Positions 19,098 through 28,971 of a DNA stretch of 64,000 nt are shown one piece after another (position 1 is the stretch's first letter; every line of letters starts with the position of its first letter). A program made the position numbers and the translations under genes. Source of the DNA: Alistipes sp. GTDB lineage: Bacteria > Bacteroidota > Bacteroidia > Bacteroidales > Rikenellaceae. The stretch spans positions 39,177 to 103,176 of the forward strand of contig JAZLDX010000025.1 of assembly GCA_045614985.1 (NCBI GenBank), in the 5' to 3' direction. The notes under the pieces were generated by a model. It made no database searches and was not told the origin of the DNA. It saw only the letters and a list, made by a program, of their open reading frames with translations.

Positions 19098-20105
19098 TTA
19101 AAACTGCATCGTAAGACCGTTGTAGAGAAGCGTACGAGTCACCCTACCCTCTTCGGTGGTATGCGAAACCGTCACCTCGGGTGAGGGATAGAGGGCCGCG
19201 GAGTACTCCTCCGGATGGGTCAGTCGGCAATGCTCCACCCCGCTCACAACCTCCGAGAACGATCCCGTCTTACTCGGCTCCCACTTCAGGCGGTCGGACT
19301 CCTCCACGCGATAGTGCATGTGGGTGGTCGATCGGTTGTCGAAAGCATAGAAGGTGCGCCCCTCGGCCTCACCCCACAGGGCGAAGGTGTCTTTGTGGTG
19401 GTTCGAGAAGGCAAAGTTGCCGGTGGTGGTCGAGGTGGTGAGCGTAAATTCGCCCGACCAGGCGGAGGCGAAGCGCTCCGAGACCTCGAACGATGCCTTC
19501 AGCCCCTCGAGGCGGATCGCATAGGAGCCTGCGGCGGTGGCATAGAGCCGCACAACCCCTCCCTTGATCATAAAACGCTCGGCATCGCCAAGGCCGGCAT
19601 AGAGATACATGGGCTCCACAGGAGTTACCGACCAGGGGCTCTCGGCCGAACTCTCCGCAAGCGAGACTCCATGAGTGGTGACCAAATAGCTCCCCTCACG
19701 ACAAAACCGATCAAGCGAAGTGGGAGGGGTATTTACATAGGTGATCCGATACTCCTCGGGGGCGGAAATCTCCCCCTCCTCCACCAAGGCCTCGATCTTC
19801 ACCGTGCGACCGAAGAGAAGATCCTTGAGCAGATGGTTGCGCCCCGAGAGTTGCACCTCCACCTCATCCATCGCCACCCCCTTCGATGCGGCTTCATCGA
19901 GGAGCATTGCCAGACGAATGGCAACGGCCGCTGGATCGAGCGAAACCAACTGCTGAGTGGAGGTTGCGTTATAAATCGCCAACCCGGGCTTCAGATCGCT
20001 ATACTCTCCAAAGTAGTGGGCTTCGGCATCCTTGTTGCAGGCCGTGGCCAAGAGCGCGAAGGTAGCCACAACAATCACAGACAAACTTTTGATTACACGT
20101 TTCAT
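19098..20105 (-). CDS. Hypothetical lipoprotein
   Basis: Lipobox LATAC-NKD; beta-rich mature region; no family recognised. Confidence 0.75.
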   Translation of the reverse strand: MKRVIKSLSVIVVATFALLATACNKDAEAHYFGEYSDLKPGLAIYNATSTQQLVSLDPAAVAIRLAMLLDEAASKGVAMDEVEVQLSGRNHLLKDLLFGRTVKIEALVEEGEISAPEEYRITYVNTPPTSLDRFCREGSYLVTTHGVSLAESSAESPWSVTPVEPMYLYAGLGDAERFMIKGGVVRLYATAAGSYAIRLEGLKASFEVSERFASAWSGEFTLTTSTTTGNFAFSNHHKDTFALWGEAEGRTFYAFDNRSTTHMHYRVEESDRLKWEPSKTGSFSEVVSGVEHCRLTHPEEYSAALYPSPEVTVSHTTEEGRVTRTLLYNGLTMQF

Positions 20106-20329
20106 TTTTTCTTTTTATATGGTTTATTCAAGCAAACGCCCCCTTTGGGGCGATTATTGCCCGGGCAGAACAACAGACAAAGGTATAAAAAAAATCGAAT
20201 CCTTGCGACGAAGTTTGGAAATCGAGAGATTTTTTGCTATCTTTGTGAGACCCGAAACGCTTGACATTTGCCATAAAAAGCGAGGCAAGCACAAACTTGA
20301 GATCGTTAAACTATAAGAGAATAACCGCT

Positions 20330-21043
20330 ATGGGAACCACTCCAGAACTCGCCTTCGGATATCCGTCTGACGCCTTTACCGCCAGTGTAGGAGCCCCGTT
20401 TCGCATGATCTTCTTCCAACACTCGTCGCTGGCCATCGAGGTGGGCGGCAAGTACATCTACACCGATCCGGTGGTGGCGCACGCCGACTACGACTCGCTA
20501 CCCAAGGCCGACCTGATCCTGATCTCGCACCACCACTACGACCACTTCGAGATCGAGGCGGTCTACAAACTCATGAAGCAGGATACGTTGATCTTCTGCG
20601 ATGCGACCACGGCCGGCATCCTGGCCGAGCACGGCATCGACTGCTCCACGGTACGCCCGGGCATCAGCATCAAGCCCTTGCCGTTCCTGCGCCTGGAGAC
20701 CCTACCCGCCTACAACTACTCGGAGGGCCGCACCAACTTCCACCCCAAGAGCCGCGAGGATGTGGGCTACATCATCGGCTTCGGCGGCGTACGCATCTAC
20801 ATCGCCGGCGATGGAGAGAACACCCCCGAGATGAAGGCCGCGCCCAACATCGACATCGCCCTGCTGCCCGTCAATCAGCCCTACACGATGACCGTGGATC
20901 AGGCCATTGATGCCGTGAAGGCAATCCGTCCCCGCATCTTCTACCCCTACCACTACGGTCAGGTGGAGGAACTAACCGACCTGGAGCGTCTACAACGCGA
21001 GTTGGAGGGGATTTGCGAGGTCCGCATCCGCGGCATGGAGTAA
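20330..21043 (+). CDS. Metallo-beta-lactamase-fold hydrolase
   Basis: YTDP, SHHHYDH, IYIAGD, DIALLPVN, YPYHY. Confidence 0.88.
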   Translation: MGTTPELAFGYPSDAFTASVGAPFRMIFFQHSSLAIEVGGKYIYTDPVVAHADYDSLPKADLILISHHHYDHFEIEAVYKLMKQDTLIFCDATTAGILAEHGIDCSTVRPGISIKPLPFLRLETLPAYNYSEGRTNFHPKSREDVGYIIGFGGVRIYIAGDGENTPEMKAAPNIDIALLPVNQPYTMTVDQAIDAVKAIRPRIFYPYHYGQVEELTDLERLQRELEGICEVRIRGME

Positions 21044-21058
21044 CTCCAAGACAGGCCC

Positions 21059-21100
21059 CAACGAAAGCGCCTCTCCCTTTTCGGAGAGGCGTTTTCGTTG
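21059..21100 (+). terminator. Terminator after the MBL gene
   Basis: CAACGAAAGCGCCTCTCC-loop-GGAGAGGCGTTTTCGTTG. Confidence 0.7.
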
Positions 21101-21123
21101 TAACGACGATCGGCAGCCCAAAG

Positions 21124-21241
21124 TTTTTGATTTTAGGAGAAGATATTTTGCGCTAACGCAAACTACCCCGAATGGGAGGTACTTGTGTACCCCCCATTCG
21201 GGGTAGTCAAGGCGGTGCAAAATTTACTGCATAAATTAAAA
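21124..21241 (+). repeat. Palindromic intergenic repeat unit, GTAC-loop-GTAC family (copy B)
   Basis: ACTACCCCGAATGGG-AG-GTAC-TTGT-GTAC-CC-CCCATTCGGGGTAGT; outer ATTTTGCGC/GTGCAAAAT stem; left end TTTTAGGAGAAGATATT resembles TTTTAGGCGAGGATATT at 59501. Confidence 0.85.
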
Positions 21242-21242
21242 C

Positions 21243-21788
21243 CTATTTGGTGCGATAATGCGCACGATATTTCCCCTTGGTAAGGTTCGTGAGTTTGTTC
21301 TTGAGTAGATTGCGGCGCAGGGGCGAGAGGTGGTCGGTAAAGACCTCGCCCTCGAGGTGGTCGTACTCGTGCTGAATCACGCGAGCGGGCAATCCCTCGA
21401 TCCACTCATCGTGCTCATTGAAATCCTCATCCATCCAACGCATGCGGATGGCAATGGGACGGCGCACATTCTCATGCAGACCTGGCAGGGAAAGACACCC
21501 CTCATTGAAGAGGTCCGTCTCCTCCGACTCCTCAAGGATCTCGGCATTGATGAAAGCCTTACGATAATCGGCCAACTCGGGATGTTCCTCGGCCCAGGGG
21601 GTGCAATCCACCACAAAGAGGCGGATATTCTTACCGATCTGGGGGGCTGCAAGACCTACGCCCTCGGCCTCGCGCATGGTGAGAAACATATCCTCGATGA
21701 GCTTCTTCAGATCGGGGTAGTCGGGGGTGATATCCTCCGAAATATTTCTCAAAATCGGAGAGCCATAGATGACAATCGGGTAAATCAT
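21243..21788 (-). CDS. def: Peptide deformylase
   Basis: GVGLAAPQIG, EGCLSLP, QHEYDHL. Confidence 0.97.
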   Translation of the reverse strand: MIYPIVIYGSPILRNISEDITPDYPDLKKLIEDMFLTMREAEGVGLAAPQIGKNIRLFVVDCTPWAEEHPELADYRKAFINAEILEESEETDLFNEGCLSLPGLHENVRRPIAIRMRWMDEDFNEHDEWIEGLPARVIQHEYDHLEGEVFTDHLSPLRRNLLKNKLTNLTKGKYRAHYRTK

Positions 21789-22207
21789 AACTTAAAGTTC
21801 AAATGTTCCATATAATCTTGCAGGATAATGGTTGCCGAGACCTTATCAACCAGGGCCTTATCTCGGCGGGCCATCTTGCCGATGCCCGACTCGCGAATGG
21901 CACGGTTGGCCAATACCGAGGTGAAGCGCTCATCGTAAAGAGTTACCTCCTTCTCGGGAAAGGCTGCCTTTAGACGACGTACCAAGGGCTCTACGAAACG
22001 CCAGGTCTCCGAGGGTTGGCCATTAGGCTGCATAGGCTTGCCAACCACAATCGTCGAGACATCTTCTTTGGCTACATATTGCGCCAACCACTTCTCGAGT
22101 TGCTTGGTCTCCACGGTTTCAAGTCCTCCGGCAATGATGCGCAGGGGGTCACTCACGGCAATCCCCGTGCGCTTCGTGCCGTAGTCTATGGCCAAAATAC
22201 GCCCCAT
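21785..22207 (-). CDS. ruvX: YqgF/RuvX Holliday-junction-resolvase-like nuclease
   Basis: ILAIDYGTKRTGIAVSD, DERFTS, VDKVSATIILQDY. Confidence 0.93.
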   Translation of the reverse strand: MGRILAIDYGTKRTGIAVSDPLRIIAGGLETVETKQLEKWLAQYVAKEDVSTIVVGKPMQPNGQPSETWRFVEPLVRRLKAAFPEKEVTLYDERFTSVLANRAIRESGIGKMARRDKALVDKVSATIILQDYMEHLNFKL

Positions 22208-22217
22208 CTGCAAGTTT

Positions 22218-23762
22218 TTAGAGGCTCAATTTCTTGAACAAACGGGCAAACGAGCACTCCTCATCTACCATACGCTTCAGGTCACTGATGGCGATGCGCT
22301 CCTGCTGCATCGAGTCGCGATGACGCACCGTAACGGTTCCGTCCTCCAGGGTCTGTCCATCGACCGTCACACAGAAAGGAGTACCCACAGCATCCTGACG
22401 GCGGTAACGCTTGCCTACCGAGTCCTTCTCGTCGTAAACCACATTGTAGTCGTACTTGAGTTCGTCCACAATCTTGCGGGCCACCTCAGGCATGCCATCC
22501 TTCTTTACCAAGGGCAGCACGGCCACCTTGACGGGGGCGAGGGCTGCGGGGAGCTTCAGCACCACACGCTGATCGCCACCCTCGAGGGCCTCCTCGGTAT
22601 AGGCAGCCGACATCACCTGCAAGAACATACGATCCACACCGATCGAGGTCTCCACCACATAGGGGACATAACTCTCACCACGCTCGGCATCGAAGTACTG
22701 AATCTTCTTACCCGAGAACTCCTGGTGGCGACCCAAGTCGAAGTCCGTGCGCGAGTGAATACCCTCCACCTCTTTGAATCCGAAGGGGAAGTTATACTCC
22801 ACATCGGTAGCGGCATTGGCGTAGTGGGCCAACTTCTCGTGGTCGTGGAAACGATAGTTCTCGTCACCGAAACCGAGGGCGCGGTGCCAAGCCATACGGG
22901 TCTCCTTCCACTTCGACCACCACTCCATCTCCGTACCGGGCTGCACGAAGAACTGCATCTCCATCTGCTCGAACTCGCGCATGCGGAAGATGAACTGACG
23001 AGCCACGATCTCGTTGCGGAAGGCCTTACCGATCTGGGCAATACCAAAGGGGAGCTTCATGCGGCCCGTCTTCTGCACATTAAGGAAATTCACGAAGATA
23101 CCCTGTGCCGTCTCGGGACGCAGGTAGATGGTGTTGGCACCCTCGGCCGTCGAACCCATCTGGGTCGAAAACATGAGGTTGAACTGGCGCACATCGGTCC
23201 AGTTGCGCGTACCCGAGATAGGGCAGACGATCTCGCAGTCGAGAATGATCTGCTTGAGCTCCTCCAGGTCATTCTCGTTCAGCGCCTTCGTGAAACGATC
23301 CAATACAACCTGCTTCTTTTGGGCAATCTCCAACACACGGGGCGAAGTCGAACGGAACTGTTCCTCGTTGAAGGCCTCGCCAAAACGCTTCTTGGCCTTA
23401 TCAACCTCCTTCTGCATCTTCTCGTCCTGCTTGGCCATCCAATCCTCCACAAGCACATCAGCGCGGTAACGCTTCTTCGAGTCGCGGTTGTCGATCAACG
23501 GATCATTGAAGGCGCCCACATGGCCCGAAGCCTCCCAAGTTTTGGGGTGCATGAAGATCGCGGCATCAATACCCACGATATTCTCGTGGAGCTTGACCAT
23601 CGAATCCCACCAATAGCGTTTGATGTTGTTCTTAAGCTCCACACCATTCTGTCCGTAATCGTAAACGGCACCCAGGCCATCGTAAATCTCGCTCGAGGGG
23701 AATACGAATCCATACTCCTTGCAGTGAGCGACCAACTTCTTAAAGAGTTCTTCCTGTGTCAT
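22218..23762 (-). CDS. glyQS: Glycine--tRNA ligase (homodimeric type)
   Basis: EIYDG...YDYG..G.ELK, LRPETAQGIF, FRNEI...FIFRMREFEQME, GKRYRRQD; promoter TATCTTTG at 23812-23819 (-). Confidence 0.96.
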   Translation of the reverse strand: MTQEELFKKLVAHCKEYGFVFPSSEIYDGLGAVYDYGQNGVELKNNIKRYWWDSMVKLHENIVGIDAAIFMHPKTWEASGHVGAFNDPLIDNRDSKKRYRADVLVEDWMAKQDEKMQKEVDKAKKRFGEAFNEEQFRSTSPRVLEIAQKKQVVLDRFTKALNENDLEELKQIILDCEIVCPISGTRNWTDVRQFNLMFSTQMGSTAEGANTIYLRPETAQGIFVNFLNVQKTGRMKLPFGIAQIGKAFRNEIVARQFIFRMREFEQMEMQFFVQPGTEMEWWSKWKETRMAWHRALGFGDENYRFHDHEKLAHYANAATDVEYNFPFGFKEVEGIHSRTDFDLGRHQEFSGKKIQYFDAERGESYVPYVVETSIGVDRMFLQVMSAAYTEEALEGGDQRVVLKLPAALAPVKVAVLPLVKKDGMPEVARKIVDELKYDYNVVYDEKDSVGKRYRRQDAVGTPFCVTVDGQTLEDGTVTVRHRDSMQQERIAISDLKRMVDEECSFARLFKKLSL

Positions 23763-23921
23763 ATATCGTTAATTTTTGTTGTCTTTATTTTGTTCGTTCG
23801 ATTACAACCTGCAAAGATACAAAATAATTAGGAATGAGGAATTATTTGATTCAAAATTATTTTTACGGTTCGACCACGGGAGAGATTCTAAATTAACCCA
23901 TGAGGCGGCAATCGGGCCATG

Positions 23922-23938
23922 TTGGCACAATCCTTGCC
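23922..23938 (+). promoter_or_regulatory. Putative sigma-54 (-24/-12) promoter for crcB-ure operon
   Basis: TTGGCACAATCCTTGCC = TGGCAC-N5-TTGC with exact GG-N10-GC spacing, ~32 nt before the crcB ATG; no TAnnTTTG on this strand in the intergenic region. Confidence 0.7.
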
Positions 23939-23969
23939 TGCCAAGGGCAAAGAATCGCAAAAACAAAAT

Positions 23970-24350
23970 ATGCCTATGATACGCTTGATGCTAATAGCCG
24001 GAGCCGGTGGCTTTTTGGGAACCTGCCTCCGATTTTTGGTGGGACGCTATATGCACCACATCGCCCCTGCGACAGCCTTTCCATGGGGTACCTTTGTTGT
24101 CAATGTGGTGGGGTCGCTCCTGATCGGAGTGCTCTACGGCCTCTCCGAAAAGCACCACCTGCTCTCTCCGGCCGCCTCGGCCCTGCTGATCACGGGCCTC
24201 TGCGGAGGTCTTACCACCTTCTCCTCCTTTGCCGACGACCTCTATCTGTTGCTTGCCGAACGCCACCAGGTACTCTTCGTGGTCTACCTTGTGATGAGCT
24301 TTGCCCTGGGTCTTACGATGGTGATGCTCGGACGAGCCGTCATAAAATAA
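23970..24350 (+). CDS. crcB: Fluoride efflux channel Fluc/CrcB
   Basis: GAGGFLGTCLRF, FPWGTF.VN..GS..IG, GLCGGLTTFSSF; start at 23970 or 23976. Confidence 0.93.
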   Translation: MPMIRLMLIAGAGGFLGTCLRFLVGRYMHHIAPATAFPWGTFVVNVVGSLLIGVLYGLSEKHHLLSPAASALLITGLCGGLTTFSSFADDLYLLLAERHQVLFVVYLVMSFALGLTMVMLGRAVIK

Positions 24351-24379
24351 AGAGAATGCAAAATTTTATAACTCTTGAT

Positions 24380-24407
24380 TCCTAATACCTAATTTCTAAT
24401 TCCTAAA
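24380..24407. repeat. Tandem heptamer repeats before ureA
   Basis: TCCTAAT ACCTAAT TTCTAAT TCCTAAA; inverted relative to ATTAGGA ATGAGGA at 23827-23840. Confidence 0.65.
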
Positions 24408-24411
24408 AACT

Positions 24412-24714
24412 ATGCATTTAACACCGAAAGAGATTGAAAAGCTGATGCTTTTATCGCTGGGTCAGGTGGCCGAGCGACGCAAAGCCAAGGGGTTGAAGCT
24501 CAACTACCCCGAAGCCGTGGCCTACATCACGGCAAGTGCCCTGGAGGGTGCCCGCGAAGGCAAGAATGTAGAGCAGGTCATGAAGGAGGCTGCCCAGGTA
24601 CTCCGTCGCGAAGATGTGATGGAGGGGGTTGCCGACATGATCGGGCTCTTGCAGATCGAGGCGGTATTCACCGACGGATCGAGACTCGTAAGTATTCACC
24701 AACCAATCAAATAG
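24412..24714 (+). CDS. ureA: Urease gamma subunit
   Basis: [40 protein letters not shown]. Confidence 0.97.
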   Translation: MHLTPKEIEKLMLLSLGQVAERRKAKGLKLNYPEAVAYITASALEGAREGKNVEQVMKEAAQVLRREDVMEGVADMIGLLQIEAVFTDGSRLVSIHQPIK

Positions 24715-24716
24715 AC

Positions 24717-25223
24717 ATGAAAAACAGTTCTCTCTATCCCTGCGAGGCAGGGTTTGTACCTCGGAAGGCCGTACCAGTCGGCGGACTTCTTTTTGCCGAG
24801 GAGCCGATCCAATACAACGAGGGACGCCCCGTAATCACTTTGTCCGTGAAAAACAGGGGAGATCGTCCGATTCAGATAGGCTCCCATTTCCACCTCTTCG
24901 AGGCCAATCGCTACTTGGAATTCGACCGCAAAGCGGCCTTCGGATGCCATCTGAACATCCCCGCCACCACCGCCATTCGCTTCGAGCCCGGAGATGAAAA
25001 GCAGGTCGAGGCGGTCCCCTTCGGCGGAAAACAGCGCATCATCGGCTTCAACGGGTTGGTACAAGGCTACACCGGAGGAGAGGATGCGCCGATCTACGAT
25101 CCGACGAAACATCGGGCCATCCACCGCATGAAAAAACTCGGCTTCTGCCACACGGAGTCGCAGGACTGCGGCCACGACGAAAAGAAAGATTCAACCACAA
25201 CGAGCAAAACAAAAGAAGAATAG
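24717..25223 (+). CDS. ureB: Urease beta subunit
   Basis: [41 protein letters not shown]. Confidence 0.97.
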   Translation: MKNSSLYPCEAGFVPRKAVPVGGLLFAEEPIQYNEGRPVITLSVKNRGDRPIQIGSHFHLFEANRYLEFDRKAAFGCHLNIPATTAIRFEPGDEKQVEAVPFGGKQRIIGFNGLVQGYTGGEDAPIYDPTKHRAIHRMKKLGFCHTESQDCGHDEKKDSTTTSKTKEE

Positions 25224-25226
25224 ACA

Positions 25227-26945
25227 ATGGCTACAATTTCACGACAGGCCTACTGCGACCTCTTCGGTCCGACGGTAGGCGATAAAATCCGCCTCGGGGA
25301 TACGGATCTCTATGTAGAGATCGAAAAGGATCTGCGCGTTTACGGCGACGAGGTGGTCTATGGCGGAGGCAAAACCTTGCGCGATGGCATGGGGCTGGCC
25401 AACGGCACCTCATCGAAAGAGGGGTCGCTCGATCTGGTCATCACCAATGTAACGATCATCGACCCCGTACTGGGCATCGTTAAGGCGGATGTTGGGATCA
25501 AAGATGGTAAAATTGCCGGCATCGGCAAATCGGGAAACCCCGACACGATGCCCGGGGTCTCGCCCGAATTGGTTACAGGAGCCTCGACCGATGCCATCTC
25601 GGGCGAGCATCTGATTCTGACGGCAGGCGGTATTGACGGCCATGTCCACATGATCGCCCCGCAGCAGGCCGAGGCGGCCCTCTCGAACGGAATTACCACC
25701 CTGATCGGGGGTGGCGTGGGCCCCACGGATGGCACCAACGGCACGACAATCACCTCGGGGGTTTGGAACGTGGAGCGCATGTTGGAGGCGGCCGAAGCAT
25801 GGCCGGTCAACATCGGGCTGTTGGGCAAGGGGAACTGCTCGGGCAAACAATCCGTAGCCGAACAACTCGAAGCGGGCTGCTGTGGTCTGAAGATCCACGA
25901 GGATTGGGGCTCTACCCCCCAGGCGATTCGCACCGCCCTGAAGGTGGCCGACCGCTACGATGTACAGGTAGCCATCCACACCGACACCTTGAATGAGGGG
26001 GGCTATGTCGAGGATACGATTGCCGCCTTCGAGGGACGCACGATCCACACCTATCACACCGAGGGTGCAGGCGGAGGCCATGCCCCCGACCTGTTGAAGG
26101 TGGCCTCGATGCACAACGTCCTCCCTTCGTCCACCAACCCCACCCTGCCCTTCGGCATCAACTCGCAGGCCGAGCTCTTCGATATGATCATGGTGTGCCA
26201 CAACCTCAATCCGAAGATCCCCTCCGATGTTTCGTTTGCCGAGAGCCGCGTACGCACCGAGACACAGGCCGCCGAAAATATGCTCCACGACCTGGGGGTA
26301 TTATCCATGGTTTCGTCCGACTCCCAGGCCATGGGACGCGTGGGCGAGAGCTTCATGCGCACCTTCCAGATGGCCTCCTACATGAAGCAGGCTTGCGGAA
26401 GGCTGAAGGAGGACTGCTCCGAGAACGACAACTTCCGCGTCAAGCGTTACTTGGCGAAGATCACCCTCAACCCAGCCATCTGCTTCGGCATTTCGGACTA
26501 TGTGGGCTCGATCGAAAAGGGCAAGGTGGCCGACCTGGTCCTGTGGGATCCCGCCATGTTCGGAGCCAAGCCCAAGATGGTGATCAAGGGCGGCATGATC
26601 AGCTGGGCCAACATGGGCGATCCGAACGCCTCGTTGCCCACCCCGCAACCGATGTGCTACCGTCCGATGTTCGGAGCCTACGGATCGGCCCTCAAGCGCA
26701 GCTGCATCTCCTTCGTATCGCGAGCAGCCTGCGAACTCGGCATCAAAGAGCGTTTGGGCCTCGAGCGTTGCGTGAAGCCCGTTCACCACACCCGACAGCT
26801 CACCAAAGAGCACATGTGGATGAATGGCTCGACCCCCAAGATCGAGGTAGACAGCCAAACCTTCGAGGTGCGCATCAACGGAGAGGTGGTATCGCTCAAG
26901 CCGACCGAAAAGGTGGCTCTGGGACAACTCTATTGGTTCAGCTGA
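25227..26945 (+). CDS. ureC: Urease alpha subunit
   Basis: Ni ligands and flap intact: [49 protein letters not shown]. Confidence 0.98.
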   Translation: MATISRQAYCDLFGPTVGDKIRLGDTDLYVEIEKDLRVYGDEVVYGGGKTLRDGMGLANGTSSKEGSLDLVITNVTIIDPVLGIVKADVGIKDGKIAGIGKSGNPDTMPGVSPELVTGASTDAISGEHLILTAGGIDGHVHMIAPQQAEAALSNGITTLIGGGVGPTDGTNGTTITSGVWNVERMLEAAEAWPVNIGLLGKGNCSGKQSVAEQLEAGCCGLKIHEDWGSTPQAIRTALKVADRYDVQVAIHTDTLNEGGYVEDTIAAFEGRTIHTYHTEGAGGGHAPDLLKVASMHNVLPSSTNPTLPFGINSQAELFDMIMVCHNLNPKIPSDVSFAESRVRTETQAAENMLHDLGVLSMVSSDSQAMGRVGESFMRTFQMASYMKQACGRLKEDCSENDNFRVKRYLAKITLNPAICFGISDYVGSIEKGKVADLVLWDPAMFGAKPKMVIKGGMISWANMGDPNASLPTPQPMCYRPMFGAYGSALKRSCISFVSRAACELGIKERLGLERCVKPVHHTRQLTKEHMWMNGSTPKIEVDSQTFEVRINGEVVSLKPTEKVALGQLYWFS

Positions 26946-27541
26946 TGGCCGGCGAGATCATTTCCCGGATTTTGGGGAATCGAGCCGAAAAGGGTTGGGC
27001 CGAGAGGCTCTCCCACGGCTCGATTGACACCCTGGAACTCGACCGATGGACGGCTCAGAAGAGCCGCCTCATCGGCCGCAGTTCGCGGGGCGAGGAGGTG
27101 GCCGTTGCCCTGAACCGTCCCCAGCGGCTCCACGACGGCGACATTCTACGCTACAATCCCTCAACCGGAGAGGCCCTGGTCGTACACCTACGCCTTGGCG
27201 AGGTGCTGGTGATCGACCTCGAGGAGCCGAAGGGAGGATCACCCGAGGAGCATCGGGAGCGCCTTTTCGAGTTGGGCCACGCCATCGGCAACCAACATTG
27301 GCCCGCCGTGATTCACGACAAGCGGGTCTATGTCCCCCTGGCGGTAGATCGCAAGGTGATGCAGAGTGTCCTCGAGAGCCACCGCTTCGAGGGGATTTCC
27401 TTCCACTTCGAGGCGGGCAACGAGGTGATTCCCTACCTCTCGCCCCACGAGATTCGCCGCCTGTTTGCCGGAGCCGACCCCCACGAACACAAGCACGAAC
27501 ACCAAAAAGAGGGCACCCATGATCCCCACGGAAAAGAGTAA
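26945..27541 (+). CDS. ureE: Urease accessory nickel chaperone UreE
   Basis: ATG overlaps the ureC TGA; QKSR, L.DGD.L, ELGHAIGNQHWPA, short His-rich tail (HEHKHEH). Confidence 0.92.
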   Translation: MAGEIISRILGNRAEKGWAERLSHGSIDTLELDRWTAQKSRLIGRSSRGEEVAVALNRPQRLHDGDILRYNPSTGEALVVHLRLGEVLVIDLEEPKGGSPEEHRERLFELGHAIGNQHWPAVIHDKRVYVPLAVDRKVMQSVLESHRFEGISFHFEAGNEVIPYLSPHEIRRLFAGADPHEHKHEHQKEGTHDPHGKE

Positions 27542-28229
27542 TCGCTCGGTCTGTGAACTTTTTCGGCTGATGGAGTTCTCCGACTCTGCCCTGCCTGTGG
27601 GAGGTTTCAGTTTCTCATGTGGGGTGGAAACAGCCACAGCCTGTGGAATGATTCACGACGAAGAGTCGCTCGGAGAGTATCTGCTCGCGACGGCCCGTCA
27701 GGTCGCAACCTGCGACGGCGTGGCCGCCCTTGCAGCTCACCGCGCCATTCTCCGTCAGGACTGGGAGGCCTTTGCGGCCGCTGACCATCGGATTGGGCTC
27801 TTCAAGACGGGAGATGAAAATCGCCGTATGAGCCTGCGCATGGGCCACAAACTCGGTCAATTGACCCGACAAGTACTCCCCCAAAAGGAGATTATCAAGT
27901 GGAGCGAAGCTGTGATGCGGGGTAAAATCGAGGGGCACCATGCCCCGATGCTGGGGTTGCTCTTTGCCCTCACCGGACAAAACGAAGAGCAACTCTTCGC
28001 CTCGCTACTCTATGGGACAGCGTCCCAAATCACGGGAGCAGCCCTACGCCTGATGCGCATAGACCACTTCGCCACCCAACGCCTGCTCTACGCCTTGGGC
28101 GAAGAGGTCGCGAGGCTTTATGAGGAGCTCTCCCCACTCGAGATGGGGGAGATGCACCTATTCGGCCCCGAACGCGAGATCCTGGCCTCAATGCACGAAG
28201 AGGGCCCGCAACGTATGTTTATGAATTAG
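27519..28229 (+). CDS. ureF: Urease accessory protein UreF
   Basis: [29 protein letters not shown]-terminal HEEG..RMFMN. Confidence 0.93.
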   Translation: MIPTEKSNRSVCELFRLMEFSDSALPVGGFSFSCGVETATACGMIHDEESLGEYLLATARQVATCDGVAALAAHRAILRQDWEAFAAADHRIGLFKTGDENRRMSLRMGHKLGQLTRQVLPQKEIIKWSEAVMRGKIEGHHAPMLGLLFALTGQNEEQLFASLLYGTASQITGAALRLMRIDHFATQRLLYALGEEVARLYEELSPLEMGEMHLFGPEREILASMHEEGPQRMFMN

Positions 28230-28341
28230 CGCCGGAGGTGCGCACTCCGCTCCTCCTTTTCCCCAAAAACCTCCTCCGCAACCGAAAAAAAAATCGGAAG
28301 AGAAAATAAACGGAACAAAACGAAAATACCGAAGAATCGAA

Positions 28342-28971
28342 ATGAGTTGCAGAATTGGAATCGGCGGCCCCGTGGGATCGGGAAAGACCGCCCTGATCGA
28401 AGCCCTTGTCCCCCGCCTGCTTGAGCGAGGGCTTCAAGTGCTGGTTATCACCAACGACATTGTTACCACAGAGGACGCCCAACACGTCCGACGCACGCTG
28501 AAAGGGGTGCTCCACGAGGATCGCATCCTCGGTGTGGAGACCGGAGCCTGCCCTCACACGGCCGTGCGAGAAGACCCATCGATGAACTTAGCCGCTGTCG
28601 AGGAGATGGAGAACCGTTTCCCCGAGACGGATGTGGTATTGATTGAGTCGGGAGGCGACAACCTCACGCTCACCTTCAGCCCCGCCCTGGTGGATTTCTT
28701 CATCTATGTGATCGACGTGGCGGCCGGCGACAAAATTCCCCGCAAGGACGGCCCAGGAATCTCTCAATCGGATATCCTGGTAATCAACAAGTTCGACCTG
28801 GCCCCCTATGTAGGAGCCTCGCTCGAGGTAATGAAGCGCGATTCGGAGAAGATGCGCCCCGGGAAACCCTTTATTTTTACAAACTGCATGACGGGCGAAG
28901 GAATTGAAGAACTCCTGAGACTAATTTTTCGCATGGCTCTTTTCGACCTCGAAACACCTACTGAAGCGTGA
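28342..28971 (+). CDS. ureG: Urease accessory GTPase UreG
   Basis: [40 protein letters not shown]. Confidence 0.97.
   Translation: MSCRIGIGGPVGSGKTALIEALVPRLLERGLQVLVITNDIVTTEDAQHVRRTLKGVLHEDRILGVETGACPHTAVREDPSMNLAAVEEMENRFPETDVVLIESGGDNLTLTFSPALVDFFIYVIDVAAGDKIPRKDGPGISQSDILVINKFDLAPYVGASLEVMKRDSEKMRPGKPFIFTNCMTGEGIEELLRLIFRMALFDLETPTEA

Noticed and set aside
23820-23970. Fluoride riboswitch upstream of crcB
   Set aside because: No GGNGATGRNGYYCNCC...GCTGATG pattern on either strand; a sigma-54 motif is present instead.
26195-26944. 250-aa N-terminal extension of UreE in the ORF track
   Set aside because: It overlaps ureC out of frame; UreE homology starts at the ATG at 26945, coupled to the ureC stop.
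28230-28341. 112-bp ureF-ureG spacer with a small hairpin and A-rich tract as a hidden gene or RNA
   Set aside because: No credible ORF, and no T tract after the hairpin. It most simply reads as an A-rich translation-initiation region.
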